DNA of 64,000 nt from Leptospira sp. (GCA_034439575.1 JAWXAQ010000033.1:1-64000); one strand, 5' to 3'; shown: positions 49,334 through 59,612, numbered from the stretch's first letter. The notes: a model not told the origin generated them from the sequence alone. Made by a program: numbers and translations.

Positions 49334-50118
49334 TGAAAAAAGTTCTCTTTAGACAAATCAAAGTTTTACTCAGTATCTATTTCCTTTTTTTATTCGGATT
49401 AGATGCGGACGAGAAAAGTGAGCTATCGGAGATTTCTAGTTATATCAGAAGAGTTAATAAGAATTATTCGTCATCCAAGCTGATTACAACCGCCGAGGAT
49501 CAATGGGTCTATTCTGTAAACTACTACATTAACGATGAAAATTTTAAAAGGATTTTAAAACAACCAGACCGTGATGACTCCATACGAAAATGGGGCAACA
49601 AACGGAAATGGCTAGTGACAAAAAATCTAGGTGTTGGTGAGTCACTCTATCTTTTTCATTCATTTCAAGACGTAGATGATAGTTGGCAATTCACTCCAGA
49701 AACTAAGGTAAAAAATATCCAAGACATTCATAATTTTGCATTTAAAAATTACTGTGAAGAGAATGAGAAAGTGAATGAAGACTTCGCAAGAATCAAAAAA
49801 TTAAGGATCACTATTTTCGAAGCGCAGTATCGTGTAGTAAATAATTTAATGAATTATGAAGTTGCAAACCAATTCAAAAAAACAAAATCCTACGATATTT
49901 CTTTTCCGAATGAGCCAAAGATCGTTTATCCAATGCCTGCATATGCGCCGGTAGGTTCCAAAGAAAATGTTCCCGGCACTATCTTTGTCATGAAACTTAC
50001 GGTGTTAGAAGTCTATCCTGGTAAAGAAGGACAGCCGTTATGTGCAGAGGATTTCTATTTGGGTTACAAAAATCGAGGGGAATACACTGAGGTCTTAAAA
50101 CAAATTGATAAGATATAA
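49333..50118 (+). CDS. Exported protein with NADase-type glycan-binding/discoidin-like domain
   Basis: Signal peptide; pattern W...GVGESL...RIKKLRITI...LTVLEVYPGK...LCAEDF. Confidence 0.6.
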   Translation: MKKVLFRQIKVLLSIYFLFLFGLDADEKSELSEISSYIRRVNKNYSSSKLITTAEDQWVYSVNYYINDENFKRILKQPDRDDSIRKWGNKRKWLVTKNLGVGESLYLFHSFQDVDDSWQFTPETKVKNIQDIHNFAFKNYCEENEKVNEDFARIKKLRITIFEAQYRVVNNLMNYEVANQFKKTKSYDISFPNEPKIVYPMPAYAPVGSKENVPGTIFVMKLTVLEVYPGKEGQPLCAEDFYLGYKNRGEYTEVLKQIDKI

Positions 50119-50692
50119 TAGTCTAATTTTACTTCTTCTCATATTTATATTTCCAATCGCGTTTCCAATTCTTAGTCAAGCGATGACTCCTGATTCGGAT
50201 CTTCCCAAGGGTTGGGAGTTTCAGTTCAATGCTCCCTTCGGCCAAGATGATGATATAACTCCAATTCCAGGTCCATTTAAGCCCTACCAAATGGATGCAT
50301 ATTATTTGATCTTACAAACACAATCATTCGCAAGGCTCGTTGGTGCTTCGGGAAAAAATATGAAGAGCCGTGCATGCCTTGCGCTTGATACAAAAAAAGG
50401 AAAGGCCGTGATAAAGTTTCTATTCGATCGTACCTTTTATTTGTTAGATGTAAAAAAAATATCAACAGCAGTCTATGAATTAATCATTGATCGTGATTCA
50501 AGAAAAATTAAACTCTCAAAAGAAAATCCCACACGTAAAAATGAATCAGATTATAAACTAAGATTCACCGATGGAATTGACGGTGGAGATGATTTATATG
50601 CAGACGGTAATTATGCAGCTGTTAGCAATACCTATCTTATGCCGACGATGAGTGCATGCATCAATCAAGCGATAAAAATATCTATGAGATAG
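50105..50692 (+). CDS. Hypothetical exported protein
   Basis: 195-aa ORF with signal peptide (…ILSQA), overlapping the previous gene. Confidence 0.7.
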   Translation: MIRYNSLILLLLIFIFPIAFPILSQAMTPDSDLPKGWEFQFNAPFGQDDDITPIPGPFKPYQMDAYYLILQTQSFARLVGASGKNMKSRACLALDTKKGKAVIKFLFDRTFYLLDVKKISTAVYELIIDRDSRKIKLSKENPTRKNESDYKLRFTDGIDGGDDLYADGNYAAVSNTYLMPTMSACINQAIKISMR

Positions 50693-51005
50693 TTTTGAGA
50701 GTAGAAAAATTTTAATTACAAATGCTTTATTCATTAATTCAGAAGTTATTGCGAGATAAAAAATTATTTTTTAAGCTAATTCACAAATCAAGTGTTAGAT
50801 TGTGAATTTACAATTGAAACAGAACTAATTTTCCAAAAAAATTTTATTTTTATACTATAGAAATCCTTCTTAATATGCCTTCATTTCTCAGCATAACAAA
50901 AGTTGATATTTATCTAAGTAGCTTTTTTCCATGCCGGAATATGGTATAACACATTGGAGGTGCTCAAAGTAAATAGAGAGATTTTTGTTATTCAATCTTT
51001 CTTCG

Positions 51006-51116
51006 GTTAGGAAACCTTGTTTCCATCGGTAACGGAGACATGGATGTCGGAGTCCTTCCTTCGAGCACGGAGGTGAGAGGGAAGGGAGATGGTAACAAGG
51101 TTTGCCTCTCTCTAAC
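51006..51116 (+). ncRNA. GC-rich multi-branched structured element (sRNA or REP/MITE-like repeat) with GGA-loop hairpins
   Basis: Outer stem 51012-51027/51088-51103 (15 of 16 bp), inner stem 51054-51062/51077-51085, hairpins GACA-TGGA-TGTC and CAC-GGAG-GTG. Confidence 0.5.
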
Positions 51117-51118
51117 AA

Positions 51119-51355
51119 TCAATTCGCGTAAAGACTACCAACACATACCCCACAAATTTCTGAATCAGCATTGGCAGATTTTGCAACAATGGTTCTCATT
51201 TTTTGTATGTCCATGGGTTGAGATTGTTTTTCCAAAGTACATTTGGTTTCGTCGAAAGAGCAGGCGAACGATAACTTTTTGTTTTCATCCTTTTGGATGT
51301 GTGCAATTGGTACGCCTGCATATCTTTTCATGGTATAAGAGATGGATAGTTTCAT
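51119..51355 (-). CDS. Small hypothetical protein with C-terminal CxxC
   Basis: 78-aa ORF ending EICGVCVGSLYAN, co-directional with the upstream MBL gene and ending next to the structured element. Confidence 0.5.
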   Translation of the reverse strand: MKLSISYTMKRYAGVPIAHIQKDENKKLSFACSFDETKCTLEKQSQPMDIQKMRTIVAKSANADSEICGVCVGSLYAN

Positions 51356-51431
51356 TCTTAAAGACTCAAATTTTTAGTCTTTAAGGTCAATATAAAAGTC
51401 CAAATGAGATTTTTATAAAGAATAAAATGTT

Positions 51432-52544
51432 TCAATCGGCGTTCATGAATTTTTTCCACCATCTTTCCATTAAATTGGGTTCACGGATTTTAACTAATTG
51501 TCCAAATTTTGGTGTAAGTAAATCAATTTTATAAATTTCTACCTGTTTCTCCAAAGATTCTGCTGGTTCATACCAACTATGCAAAGAAAGGTTAAACATA
51601 CCCCAATGAACAGGCACTAGGCGTTTTCCTTTTAAATCCATATGTGCTTTTGCAGTTTGTTCAGGTAATACGTGTACGGCTTCCCACATCGGATTGTACT
51701 GACCATTTTCAATAAATGTTAAGTCAAATGGTCCATACTTATCGCCAATGTCTTTGAAGTGGACATCGTATCCAGAGTCGCCACTAAAATAAAATCTCTC
51801 CTTCTCTCCAATGATAGTCCAAGAAGCCCATAGAGTTTTATTGCCGTTCATTCCTCGCCTTCCAGAAAAATGTTGTGCGGGTGTGCATACAATTTTGACC
51901 TTTCCAAAATCTATACTTTGCCACCAATCGAGTTCCGTTAGGCGTTCTTCAGATACACCCCATTCTTTTATATGAGAAGTGACACCCAGGGGTGTGATAA
52001 ATTTTGTATTTGTGTTTTTAAAAAATTCAATCGTCTGCATATCGAGATGATCGTAATGATCATGTGAGATGATGATATAATCGATCGCTGGCAATTCTTC
52101 CAATTTCACAACGGCATCTTGGAACCTTTTGATCATAAAACTAAAGGGAGCCGCAGAAGATGAAAATACAGGATCAAAAAATAAAATCTTTCCTTCAATG
52201 TTAACAAGAAAACTGGAATGCCCAAACCAAATAAATTTTATGCTTTCGTCTGGTTTTAAAAACTCTACGAAATCTGGTTTTTCTTCTGGTAATTTGACAG
52301 AAGGTTTTTGGTTTTTATCGCCACCAAACAAGAATTTGAAAGTTAAAGAAAAGAAATTTTGACCTTCACGCATTTTCTCTAAAACGTCGGGTCTACGGTT
52401 TACGAATTGTACTCTATCTTGGTCAAAATGAGTTGAAGTTTTTATTTTTTCAAAATGATCGCCTTGCGGATCTTTCCCAAAAGCTCTGCATTGGAATTGT
52501 ATACCTGTAAAAAATAATAAAATAGATAGAGTCAGTCGTTTCAA
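51432..52544 (-). CDS. MBL-fold hydrolase, NAPE-PLD/RomA-like, probable lipoprotein
   Basis: WFGHSS, FDPVFS, ISHDHYDHLD, PAQHFSGR, FSGDSGY, PVHWG; signal peptide ending FQC. Confidence 0.92.
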   Translation of the reverse strand: MKRLTLSILLFFTGIQFQCRAFGKDPQGDHFEKIKTSTHFDQDRVQFVNRRPDVLEKMREGQNFFSLTFKFLFGGDKNQKPSVKLPEEKPDFVEFLKPDESIKFIWFGHSSFLVNIEGKILFFDPVFSSSAAPFSFMIKRFQDAVVKLEELPAIDYIIISHDHYDHLDMQTIEFFKNTNTKFITPLGVTSHIKEWGVSEERLTELDWWQSIDFGKVKIVCTPAQHFSGRRGMNGNKTLWASWTIIGEKERFYFSGDSGYDVHFKDIGDKYGPFDLTFIENGQYNPMWEAVHVLPEQTAKAHMDLKGKRLVPVHWGMFNLSLHSWYEPAESLEKQVEIYKIDLLTPKFGQLVKIREPNLMERWWKKFMNAD

Positions 52545-52618
52545 AATATTCCGTCCGATTTGTAATGAAATTTAGACTCATTTGAACCCTAGTTTAGTCA
52601 ATGGAAATTATTTCTTTT

Positions 52619-52723
52619 GCGGCAGGGACCCTAGCGGAAATCCTCCAACGTTAGTTGGAGATTGTAGCGGAGGGCCCGGTCGGTCTGAGATAGAATGCTA
52701 AAATAGGAATCATTGCGAGCCGC
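52619..52723 (+). ncRNA. Structured intergenic element resembling the Flavo-1 RNA motif
   Basis: GGGACCCT-AGCGGAAATC-CTCCAAC-GTTA-GTTGGAG-ATTGT-AGCGG-AGGGCCC, closed by GCGGC/GCCGC. Family assignment is from memory of the motif core. Confidence 0.5.
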
Positions 52724-52752
52724 CCAGAGTGAATTGAAAATGAATGTTCAAT

Positions 52753-53277
52753 CTAATTTAAGGTCTTTGAGTTTTTGTTTATAGATTCTGGATTAATTTC
52801 TTTTTCGATTGGGATTTCTGATTGGAAAATGGACATGTTGATTTGTGATCGATTTTCTTTTTTTCGTCTATTTTCGGAAATGGACTTAATAGCATAACCT
52901 AATATAACTAAGGTGAGGCAAGTGAGTAAAAGTTCCAAGGGCAAAGTGGGATCGACAAATATAAAATAGGAACCGACAAGAATAAAAGTTTTTGACAAGA
53001 ACCAAAATAAAAACCGTTCCCCTAAAAAACTAAGGATGCCTGTCTTGCGAATGGATTCGTTAAAACGATAGATACCAACACCAATCACTGGCAATTTAAA
53101 AAGTATAGCTGAAAGTCCAAGAAGAAGTCCAACAAAGAAGAGTAAGGTGAGAAAGGCAAATATACCGTTCCAATAAAAAATAAACTTAGCAAAAGGGATA
53201 AGGGCCATTTCCCAAGAAAGACCAACGAATAAAATTTGGGTTAAAAAAATGATGAAGGCAATATAAAAACTAAACAT
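52753..53277 (-). CDS. Hypothetical membrane protein
   Basis: 174-aa ORF with about 4 hydrophobic segments and a charged tail; AGGTGG RBS. Confidence 0.7.
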   Translation of the reverse strand: MFSFYIAFIIFLTQILFVGLSWEMALIPFAKFIFYWNGIFAFLTLLFFVGLLLGLSAILFKLPVIGVGIYRFNESIRKTGILSFLGERFLFWFLSKTFILVGSYFIFVDPTLPLELLLTCLTLVILGYAIKSISENRRKKENRSQINMSIFQSEIPIEKEINPESINKNSKTLN

Positions 53278-53295
53278 AAGCCACCTATAAAAAAA

Positions 53296-54078
53296 TTATC
53301 TTTTTCTTCTTACATAGGCAGGATCTATTCCTGGAAGTGGTTCTGCAAGTTCATTTGTAATGGGCCCATTCAATACGTTTGTATAAACTCCGTCACCCAC
53401 AAGGACTTTGAAATGATTGTCCCAATGCATCTTTTGGTATTTCTCTCGGTCTTTGGTAAAGGCACTTTCAATTTCTGCATTCAATTGATCAAAGTCCATA
53501 TTTTCTATTGGTCGCTTCATTTCTGCTTCATGTAACAATCCCAAAAATACCACAAACCTTCCTGCGTGTTTTAAAATTTTTAAGGCAAACAACATTTCCC
53601 GTAATTTTAATAAATATAATTGAGGACGAATATTGCGGGCAAAGGTTAACTTTTGTTCAGCTTCGGCTAGATCTCTAAACCCAAGTCTTAACATAACCTT
53701 GGTTTGGGTTTGTTCGTTGTCTCTCGAGATACGACCAAGCCGATTTAATTCTGTTCGAAGTAACACAATGTTTTTTGAAATCATTTTGTCATAAAGAGGG
53801 ATGAGAAGACTTTGCGTATGTCTGAGTTGTTCATAAGAAACATCATCATTGCGACGCATGTTGAGTTCTAAGAATTCCAAATAATGCTGTAAACAGCGTT
53901 TGTATAATTTTTTGTCCTCTTGATCTCCTAAGTGAGAAATCGTCGAATCAAGACTTTTGATGATGAGTTGGTTCTCTTCCACACCAAATGCCACTTGCAA
54001 AACGGCTTTTGCCTGCAAGGGAAGTGAAAGTAGTAAAAAAAATAGTCCGTGTAGGGCGGAGAGTACAATAGTCCTCAT
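53296..54078 (-). CDS. Exported helical protein, OmpL37-like Leptospira surface protein family
   Basis: Signal peptide (…SLPLQA), all-helical pattern, LRLGFRDLAEAE; likely start ATG 54078. Confidence 0.55.
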   Translation of the reverse strand: MRTIVLSALHGLFFLLLSLPLQAKAVLQVAFGVEENQLIIKSLDSTISHLGDQEDKKLYKRCLQHYLEFLELNMRRNDDVSYEQLRHTQSLLIPLYDKMISKNIVLLRTELNRLGRISRDNEQTQTKVMLRLGFRDLAEAEQKLTFARNIRPQLYLLKLREMLFALKILKHAGRFVVFLGLLHEAEMKRPIENMDFDQLNAEIESAFTKDREKYQKMHWDNHFKVLVGDGVYTNVLNGPITNELAEPLPGIDPAYVRRKR

Positions 54079-54216
54079 GTCTTTACTCTCATTCTTTATT
54101 TTTCGGTTTACTTTCAAATGAAATGAAATAAATAATAATAGGTTCTTTTTAAATGAATTATGTCCGAATATTCTATTAAGCTATTTTTATTTTTGGAAAT
54201 TTATAGGAGAAATTAG

Positions 54217-54531
54217 GTGAGTGTGAGTGATAGGCAATTGGAATTGATAAAGGAGGCAGCGGAAATCTTAATTTCTGAAACTCGTTTAACAAAAGAGGAG
54301 GCGATAGGCTTAATATCAAATTCGATCAAAAAGGAATTGGTAAGAAGAGGGACTACCTTGGAAGCATTAAACATTAGCCCTAAACCTGATCGAACCTCAT
54401 ACATTCGTGCAGTGGTGCAACATGTGCACGAAGGGATCCAAACAAATCCTCTCTGGCGCACACGCCATATTGATAAACTTATAGAAAGATTTTATAAAGT
54501 ATTACATGATTCTTGGCAAAGAGAGAATTAA
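54217..54531 (+). CDS. Hypothetical protein
   Basis: 104-aa ORF with strong AGGAG RBS. Confidence 0.75.
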   Translation: MSVSDRQLELIKEAAEILISETRLTKEEAIGLISNSIKKELVRRGTTLEALNISPKPDRTSYIRAVVQHVHEGIQTNPLWRTRHIDKLIERFYKVLHDSWQREN

Positions 54532-54577
54532 ATCCTTTGCATCAAATTCATAAAAAAATTTCAAAATTGTTAAATAT

Positions 54578-55969
54578 GTGAATAAAACTCATAAAGAACA
54601 TATTAAAGATTCAAGAGGTGCTAATATTGCACGTATCATATTTAGCTTTATATTTTTAGGATCTTTTTTGCTGAATGGGTATCCTCTTATGGCGGCCCTT
54701 TCTGGTTTGCACATCATAACATCTATTACTTGGCTCTGGATCATAGAAAAAAAATATTCATTGTATGATGAAAATCCTAGGTTTTGGTACTTTCCTGCTA
54801 GTTTGGATTTAATCATCATCAATGCTTCTGTTTATGTGACAGGAGTAGCTTATTCGCCTGCCATTCTTGGTTATGTGATCGTGACGGCTTTTAGTTCTAC
54901 AGATATAAATCAAAATCGCGGAAGTTTCGCCACTTATTTAAGCGTAATTACGTTCGTTGCTTTGAATACTTTAGTATATTCTGAAATCATTCCCATTACA
55001 AATATTGTATCTGATTCAATTTTTAAAATTACTACATTTTCTTATATATTATCTAGTTTACTTTTATTCGTTGTTTGTGTTGTGACAAATAAAGTCATTT
55101 CATCCATTTATTTGCAGTTAAATGAAAAGAATTTAAAATTAAGCGAAAGTTTGGAAAAAATAAATGAATTGAAATTGCAGCAAGATGGAGACTATTATCT
55201 GACTTCATTATTACTTGAGCCATTGGCATCTAACCAAACAGAGAGTAAACGAATCAAGATTGAATTTAGCATTCGGCAATACAAACGGTTTATATTTCGC
55301 GATTTTATGAATGAACTTGGTGGAGATATCTGTCTCGCTGATACAATTAGCATCAATCAAAAACGATTCTCTATCATTGTCAATGGGGATGCGATGGGCA
55401 AATCCATGCAAGGTGCTGGCGGTGCCCTTGTGCTTGGTGTCGTATTAAAATCTATCATCACTCGCACACAACTCATTGCAGAAGAAAAAGATGTAACACC
55501 AATGATTTGGCTTGAACGCTGTTTTAAAGAACTGAACCAGGTATTTTTTTCTTTCGAAGGATATATGTTAGTTTCTGTTTTCATCGGTTTACTCGAAGAA
55601 GAGACTGGAAAACTCTATTTTGTCAATGCCGAACATCCAAGTGCCGTACTACTTCGAGATGGCAAGGCTAGTTTTGTACAAAATGACCTAAGAACAAGAA
55701 AGATTGGCACACTGGGAGAAGGACAAAACGTAAAGGTGGAAAACTTCCAAATGTTATCAGGGGATGTTCTTTTTATTGGATCGGATGGCAAAGATGATTT
55801 AGTGGTTGGTATCCAAGAGAGTGGGGAAAGAAAGATCGCGCATGAAGAGGAAATTTTTATGGACCTCATTGAGAAGTTCAGTGGGGATCTAGAAAAAGTA
55901 GTCAATGATATCCATAACCATTTTGAATTGACCGATGATTTTTCAGTTATTAAGATTAGTTTTACTTAA
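54578..55969 (+). CDS. Membrane-bound SpoIIE/PP2C-family phosphatase
   Basis: N-terminal TMs, coiled coil, QQDGDYYLTS, LGGDI, GDAMGKSMQGAGG, NAEHP, GSDG, TDDFS. Confidence 0.9.
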   Translation: MNKTHKEHIKDSRGANIARIIFSFIFLGSFLLNGYPLMAALSGLHIITSITWLWIIEKKYSLYDENPRFWYFPASLDLIIINASVYVTGVAYSPAILGYVIVTAFSSTDINQNRGSFATYLSVITFVALNTLVYSEIIPITNIVSDSIFKITTFSYILSSLLLFVVCVVTNKVISSIYLQLNEKNLKLSESLEKINELKLQQDGDYYLTSLLLEPLASNQTESKRIKIEFSIRQYKRFIFRDFMNELGGDICLADTISINQKRFSIIVNGDAMGKSMQGAGGALVLGVVLKSIITRTQLIAEEKDVTPMIWLERCFKELNQVFFSFEGYMLVSVFIGLLEEETGKLYFVNAEHPSAVLLRDGKASFVQNDLRTRKIGTLGEGQNVKVENFQMLSGDVLFIGSDGKDDLVVGIQESGERKIAHEEEIFMDLIEKFSGDLEKVVNDIHNHFELTDDFSVIKISFT

Positions 55970-56063
55970 GATTCTCTTTCCGATTTAGAAAACAACTCGC
56001 CAAAAAAAACAAAGAAAAGTAAATCTATTATTTTTGTATATAGAATGAAAAAAGGAGTCATTA

Positions 56064-57359
56064 ATGTTTCGAAAACTAAAACCTAAGTTGATAGCCATCA
56101 TCTTATTTACGTTCTTACCATACCTCTTGTTTGCTGATGAAATTCCCAAGGAAGAGCCAGTTACACCTAGCTTAGATAAAGCGGATACCGTTTGGATGCT
56201 TGTCTCTTCAGCTCTCGTATTCTTTATGATTCCAGGCTTGGCATTGTTTTACGGCGGTATCGTTAAATCAAAAAACGTTCTCTCGACCATGATGCATAGT
56301 TTTATCGCGATTATAGTCATGACATTGCAGTGGACTGTCATTGGGTATAGTTTTGCCTTTTCTGGTACAAATCCATATTTTGGAAATTTAGATTTAGCTT
56401 TTCTACATGGAATGGATATGGACACATTAGAAATTACCATTCCCAAATATGTACATTTTCTATTTCAAGGTATGTTCGCACTCATTACCCCTGCTTTGAT
56501 ATCAGGTGCCATTGCGGAAAGAGTGAAGCTATCAGGTTATGTTATTTTTATTTTATTGTGGTCGACTTTGGTTTATGATCCAGTCGCACATTGGGTTTGG
56601 GCGGCTGATGGTTGGTTATTCAAATTAGGAGCCTTGGACTTTGCAGGTGGGACCGTAGTACACTTGATATCTGGTATTGCAGGACTTGCTTGTGCACTCG
56701 TGATCGGTAAAAGAAAAGGTGATGTAGGTTCCTTGACTCATCCAAATAACATGACTTATACCTTACTTGGATCTGGTTTATTATGGTTTGGTTGGTTTGG
56801 ATTTAACGCAGGTAGTGGACTCGCAGTCAATGGGCTCGCAGCGAGAGCATTTGTCGTAACACTCATTGCCCCTGCAGCTGCTGGTGCTTCTTGGTTACTT
56901 ATAGAATACTTTCATACTAAAAAATCAACTGCACTAGGTGCGGCCTCGGGAATCGTAGCAGGACTTGTGGTGATCACTCCTGCTTCGGGCTTTGTCGGAG
57001 TCGAGGGTGCATTGATTATGGGCATTCTCGTATCACCTATTTGTTATTTGGCGATATTTTTAAAAGGGAAATTGGACTATGATGATACGCTCGATGCATT
57101 TGGAATTCACGGAGTAGGTGGTGCTTTCGGTGCTATTCTAACAGGTGTTTTTGCAATATCTTTGGCAGAAGGAATGACTAGAGGCAATCAAATTTATGTG
57201 CAAGTGATTAGCGTATTAGCGACAGCGGCATATTCGTTTTTTGTTTCTTATATTCTGGCTCTTGTCATTGAAAAAACAATAGGATTTCGCATTGATGAAG
57301 AGAAAGAAATCTCTGGTCTCGACCAAGAAATACATGGCGAGAAGGGATATGATATTTAA
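56064..57359 (+). CDS. amtB: Ammonium transporter AmtB
   Basis: MIPGLALFYGG, FQGMFA, DFAGGTVVH, WFGWFGFNAGS, DAFGIHG. Confidence 0.97.
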   Translation: MFRKLKPKLIAIILFTFLPYLLFADEIPKEEPVTPSLDKADTVWMLVSSALVFFMIPGLALFYGGIVKSKNVLSTMMHSFIAIIVMTLQWTVIGYSFAFSGTNPYFGNLDLAFLHGMDMDTLEITIPKYVHFLFQGMFALITPALISGAIAERVKLSGYVIFILLWSTLVYDPVAHWVWAADGWLFKLGALDFAGGTVVHLISGIAGLACALVIGKRKGDVGSLTHPNNMTYTLLGSGLLWFGWFGFNAGSGLAVNGLAARAFVVTLIAPAAAGASWLLIEYFHTKKSTALGAASGIVAGLVVITPASGFVGVEGALIMGILVSPICYLAIFLKGKLDYDDTLDAFGIHGVGGAFGAILTGVFAISLAEGMTRGNQIYVQVISVLATAAYSFFVSYILALVIEKTIGFRIDEEKEISGLDQEIHGEKGYDI

Positions 57360-57370
57360 AGGAGTTTATT

Positions 57371-57715
57371 ATGAAATTAATAGTAGCAATCATTCAGCCG
57401 CATAAATTGGAAGAAGTAAAAAACGAATTAACTAAAAATGAAATTTATCGTCTAACGGTAAGTGATGTTCAAGGTTATGGACAACAAAAAGGTAAAACAG
57501 AAGTGTTTCGTGGACATGAATACACTGTGAATCTTTTACGCAAAGTTCGGCTTGAAATCGCAGTGAATGACGAATTCGTTAAACCAACGATAGACGCCAT
57601 ATTAAAAGCGGCAAAATCAGGTGAGGGGAAAATTGGCGATGGAAAAATATTTGTTTTACCAGTGGAAGAAGTAATTCGAATCCGCAGTGGGGAACGAGGA
57701 AGCAAGGCCATTTAG
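57371..57715 (+). CDS. glnK: P-II nitrogen regulator
   Basis: AIIQPHKL, GYGQQKG, T-loop FRGHEY, GKIGDGKIF, IRIRSGE; directly after amtB. Confidence 0.93.
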   Translation: MKLIVAIIQPHKLEEVKNELTKNEIYRLTVSDVQGYGQQKGKTEVFRGHEYTVNLLRKVRLEIAVNDEFVKPTIDAILKAAKSGEGKIGDGKIFVLPVEEVIRIRSGERGSKAI

Positions 57716-57728
57716 TTTATTTAGCATA

Positions 57729-57771
57729 TGTTTGGTTTCAGGTGGTGAGTTTTTTTCTCTGGGACCAAACA
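57729..57771 (+). terminator. Stem-loop after amtB-glnK
   Basis: TGTTTGGTTTCAG...CTGGGACCAAACA pairs with G-U allowed. Confidence 0.55.
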
Positions 57772-57894
57772 CAATCCTCTCTCTGTAATTGATTTTGCTA
57801 CTCCCCTTTCTTTTCGCTTAAATTATATCAACAAATTAAGAAAAGAAATCTTGATTTGGAGCCTCCTTAGCCAGAGAATGTTATCAAATTATTT

Positions 57895-58833
57895 ATGAAA
57901 TCATCAAACCAGTCTATGGTCCTAGTCCAATCCCTTTCCAAATCCTATGATAATGGATTTGTTGCCTTAAAGGGGGTCAATTTAGAAATCAAGCCCGGTG
58001 AAATTTTGGCCTTACTTGGGCCGAATGGTGCAGGTAAAACTACCCTAATCTCTGTTATATGTGGGCTTGTCAATCCTACTAGCGGTAAAGTCTTAGTTGA
58101 TGGAAAAGATATTATTTCCGATTTTTTAGAAACGCGCAAGGCAATTGGACTGGTTCCTCAGGAACTGAGTGTTCACTCCTTTGAAACTGTTTGGGCTACG
58201 GTGAAATTCACTCGTGGACTTTTTGGCAAAACACCTAATGATTCGTATCTGAAAGAACTTTTGATTTCATTGTCTCTTTGGGAGAAAAAGGATCAAAAAA
58301 TTATCACTCTTTCTGGTGGTATGAAAAGGCGAGTACTGATTGCGAAAGCTCTGGCACATGAACCAAGAGTCCTTTTTCTGGATGAACCAACGGCTGGCGT
58401 GGATGTGGAACTTCGAAAAGATATGTGGCAAGTGGTTCGTAACTTACGCGAACAAGGCGTAACAATCATTTTAACAACACATTATATTGAAGAGGCGGAA
58501 GAGATTGCAGATCGCATTGGCATTATGAGCAAGGGTGAAATCATTCTCGTAGAAGAAAAAGATACCTTGATGAAAAAATTGGGCAAAAAGCAAATGAAAC
58601 TTCAACTAACAAAGAAGATCACAAAACTTCCTACTAGTTTAAAAAAATACGAATTGGAATTGAATGCTTCGGGTGAGCAAATCACTTATACTTACGATAC
58701 TTCCTCAGTCAAAAATAATATCACATCATTGTTAGATGATCTTAAAAAATCAAAAATCAATTTTAAAGATTTGGATACATCGCAGAGTTCATTGGAAGAA
58801 ATTTTTGTTTCACTGGTTCAGGAGAAAAAATGA
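57895..58833 (+). CDS. ABC-2 exporter ATPase (YadG-like)
   Basis: [51 protein letters not shown]. Confidence 0.93.
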   Translation: MKSSNQSMVLVQSLSKSYDNGFVALKGVNLEIKPGEILALLGPNGAGKTTLISVICGLVNPTSGKVLVDGKDIISDFLETRKAIGLVPQELSVHSFETVWATVKFTRGLFGKTPNDSYLKELLISLSLWEKKDQKIITLSGGMKRRVLIAKALAHEPRVLFLDEPTAGVDVELRKDMWQVVRNLREQGVTIILTTHYIEEAEEIADRIGIMSKGEIILVEEKDTLMKKLGKKQMKLQLTKKITKLPTSLKKYELELNASGEQITYTYDTSSVKNNITSLLDDLKKSKINFKDLDTSQSSLEEIFVSLVQEKK

Positions 58834-59591
58834 ACGTACAAGCTGTTAAATCAATTTATGTTTTTGAAATGATGAGGACTTGGCGCACTCTTATGCAAAG
58901 CATAGCTTCCCCTGTTATCTCAACTTCTTTATATTTTATCGTTTTCGGTTCGGCAATAGGTTCAAGAATACAAGAAGTGAGTGGAGTCGCCTATGGATCT
59001 TTTATAGTTCCAGGTCTTATCATGTTATCATTACTTACTGAGAGTATTGGCAATGCTTCTTTTGGAATATATTTTCCGAAGTTTACTGGTACGATCTATG
59101 AAATTTTATCGGCACCAGTGACAATGTTTGAAATCGTTTTTGGTTTTGTAGGAGCAGCCGCCACCAAATCGATGATACTCGGTTTAATCATGCTTGCCAC
59201 ATCATCTTTGTTTGTTCCCATTACTATCAAACATCCGATATATATGCTGATGTTTTTGATTCTTACATGTATTTCATTCAGTTTATTCGGTTTTATCATT
59301 GGGATCTGGGCTGATAGTTTTGAAAAATTACAAGTCATTCCCATGTTGGTAATCACACCTTTGGTATTTCTGGGAGGTAGCTTTTATTCAGCAAGTATGT
59401 TGCCTCCGTTTTGGCAAAAGGTTTGTATGCTTAATCCCGTCTTATATCTTGTTAGTGGATTTCGATGGAGTTTTTATGAGATATCTGATGTTAGTATCGG
59501 AGTGAGTCTCTCTTTTATCTTTTTCTTCTTATCATTGTGCATATTTATTGTTTGGTTAATGTTTAAAACTGGTTATAAATTGAAGAAATAA
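58830..59591 (+). CDS. ABC-2 exporter permease (YadH-like)
   Basis: [45 protein letters not shown]. Confidence 0.93.
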   Translation: MNVQAVKSIYVFEMMRTWRTLMQSIASPVISTSLYFIVFGSAIGSRIQEVSGVAYGSFIVPGLIMLSLLTESIGNASFGIYFPKFTGTIYEILSAPVTMFEIVFGFVGAAATKSMILGLIMLATSSLFVPITIKHPIYMLMFLILTCISFSLFGFIIGIWADSFEKLQVIPMLVITPLVFLGGSFYSASMLPPFWQKVCMLNPVLYLVSGFRWSFYEISDVSIGVSLSFIFFFLSLCIFIVWLMFKTGYKLKK

Positions 59592-59612
59592 ATGATTTTT
59601 TAGTTTGAAAAT

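Noticed and set aside
50778..50808. AATTCACAA...TTGTGAATT inverted repeat
   Set aside because: The palindrome is real but AT-rich; could be a weak terminator or operator and cannot be assigned.
51040..51384. 114-aa plus-strand ORF (and 50888-51118 on the minus strand)
   Set aside because: Both run through the structured element; 51040-51384 is also antisense to the more protein-like 78-aa ORF.
48818..51431. Prophage, IS element or integron
   Set aside because: No integrase, transposase, tRNA att site or clear target-site duplication seen.
55970..56063. Sigma54/NtrC-type promoter for amtB
   Set aside because: No GG-N10-GC element in the intergenic region.
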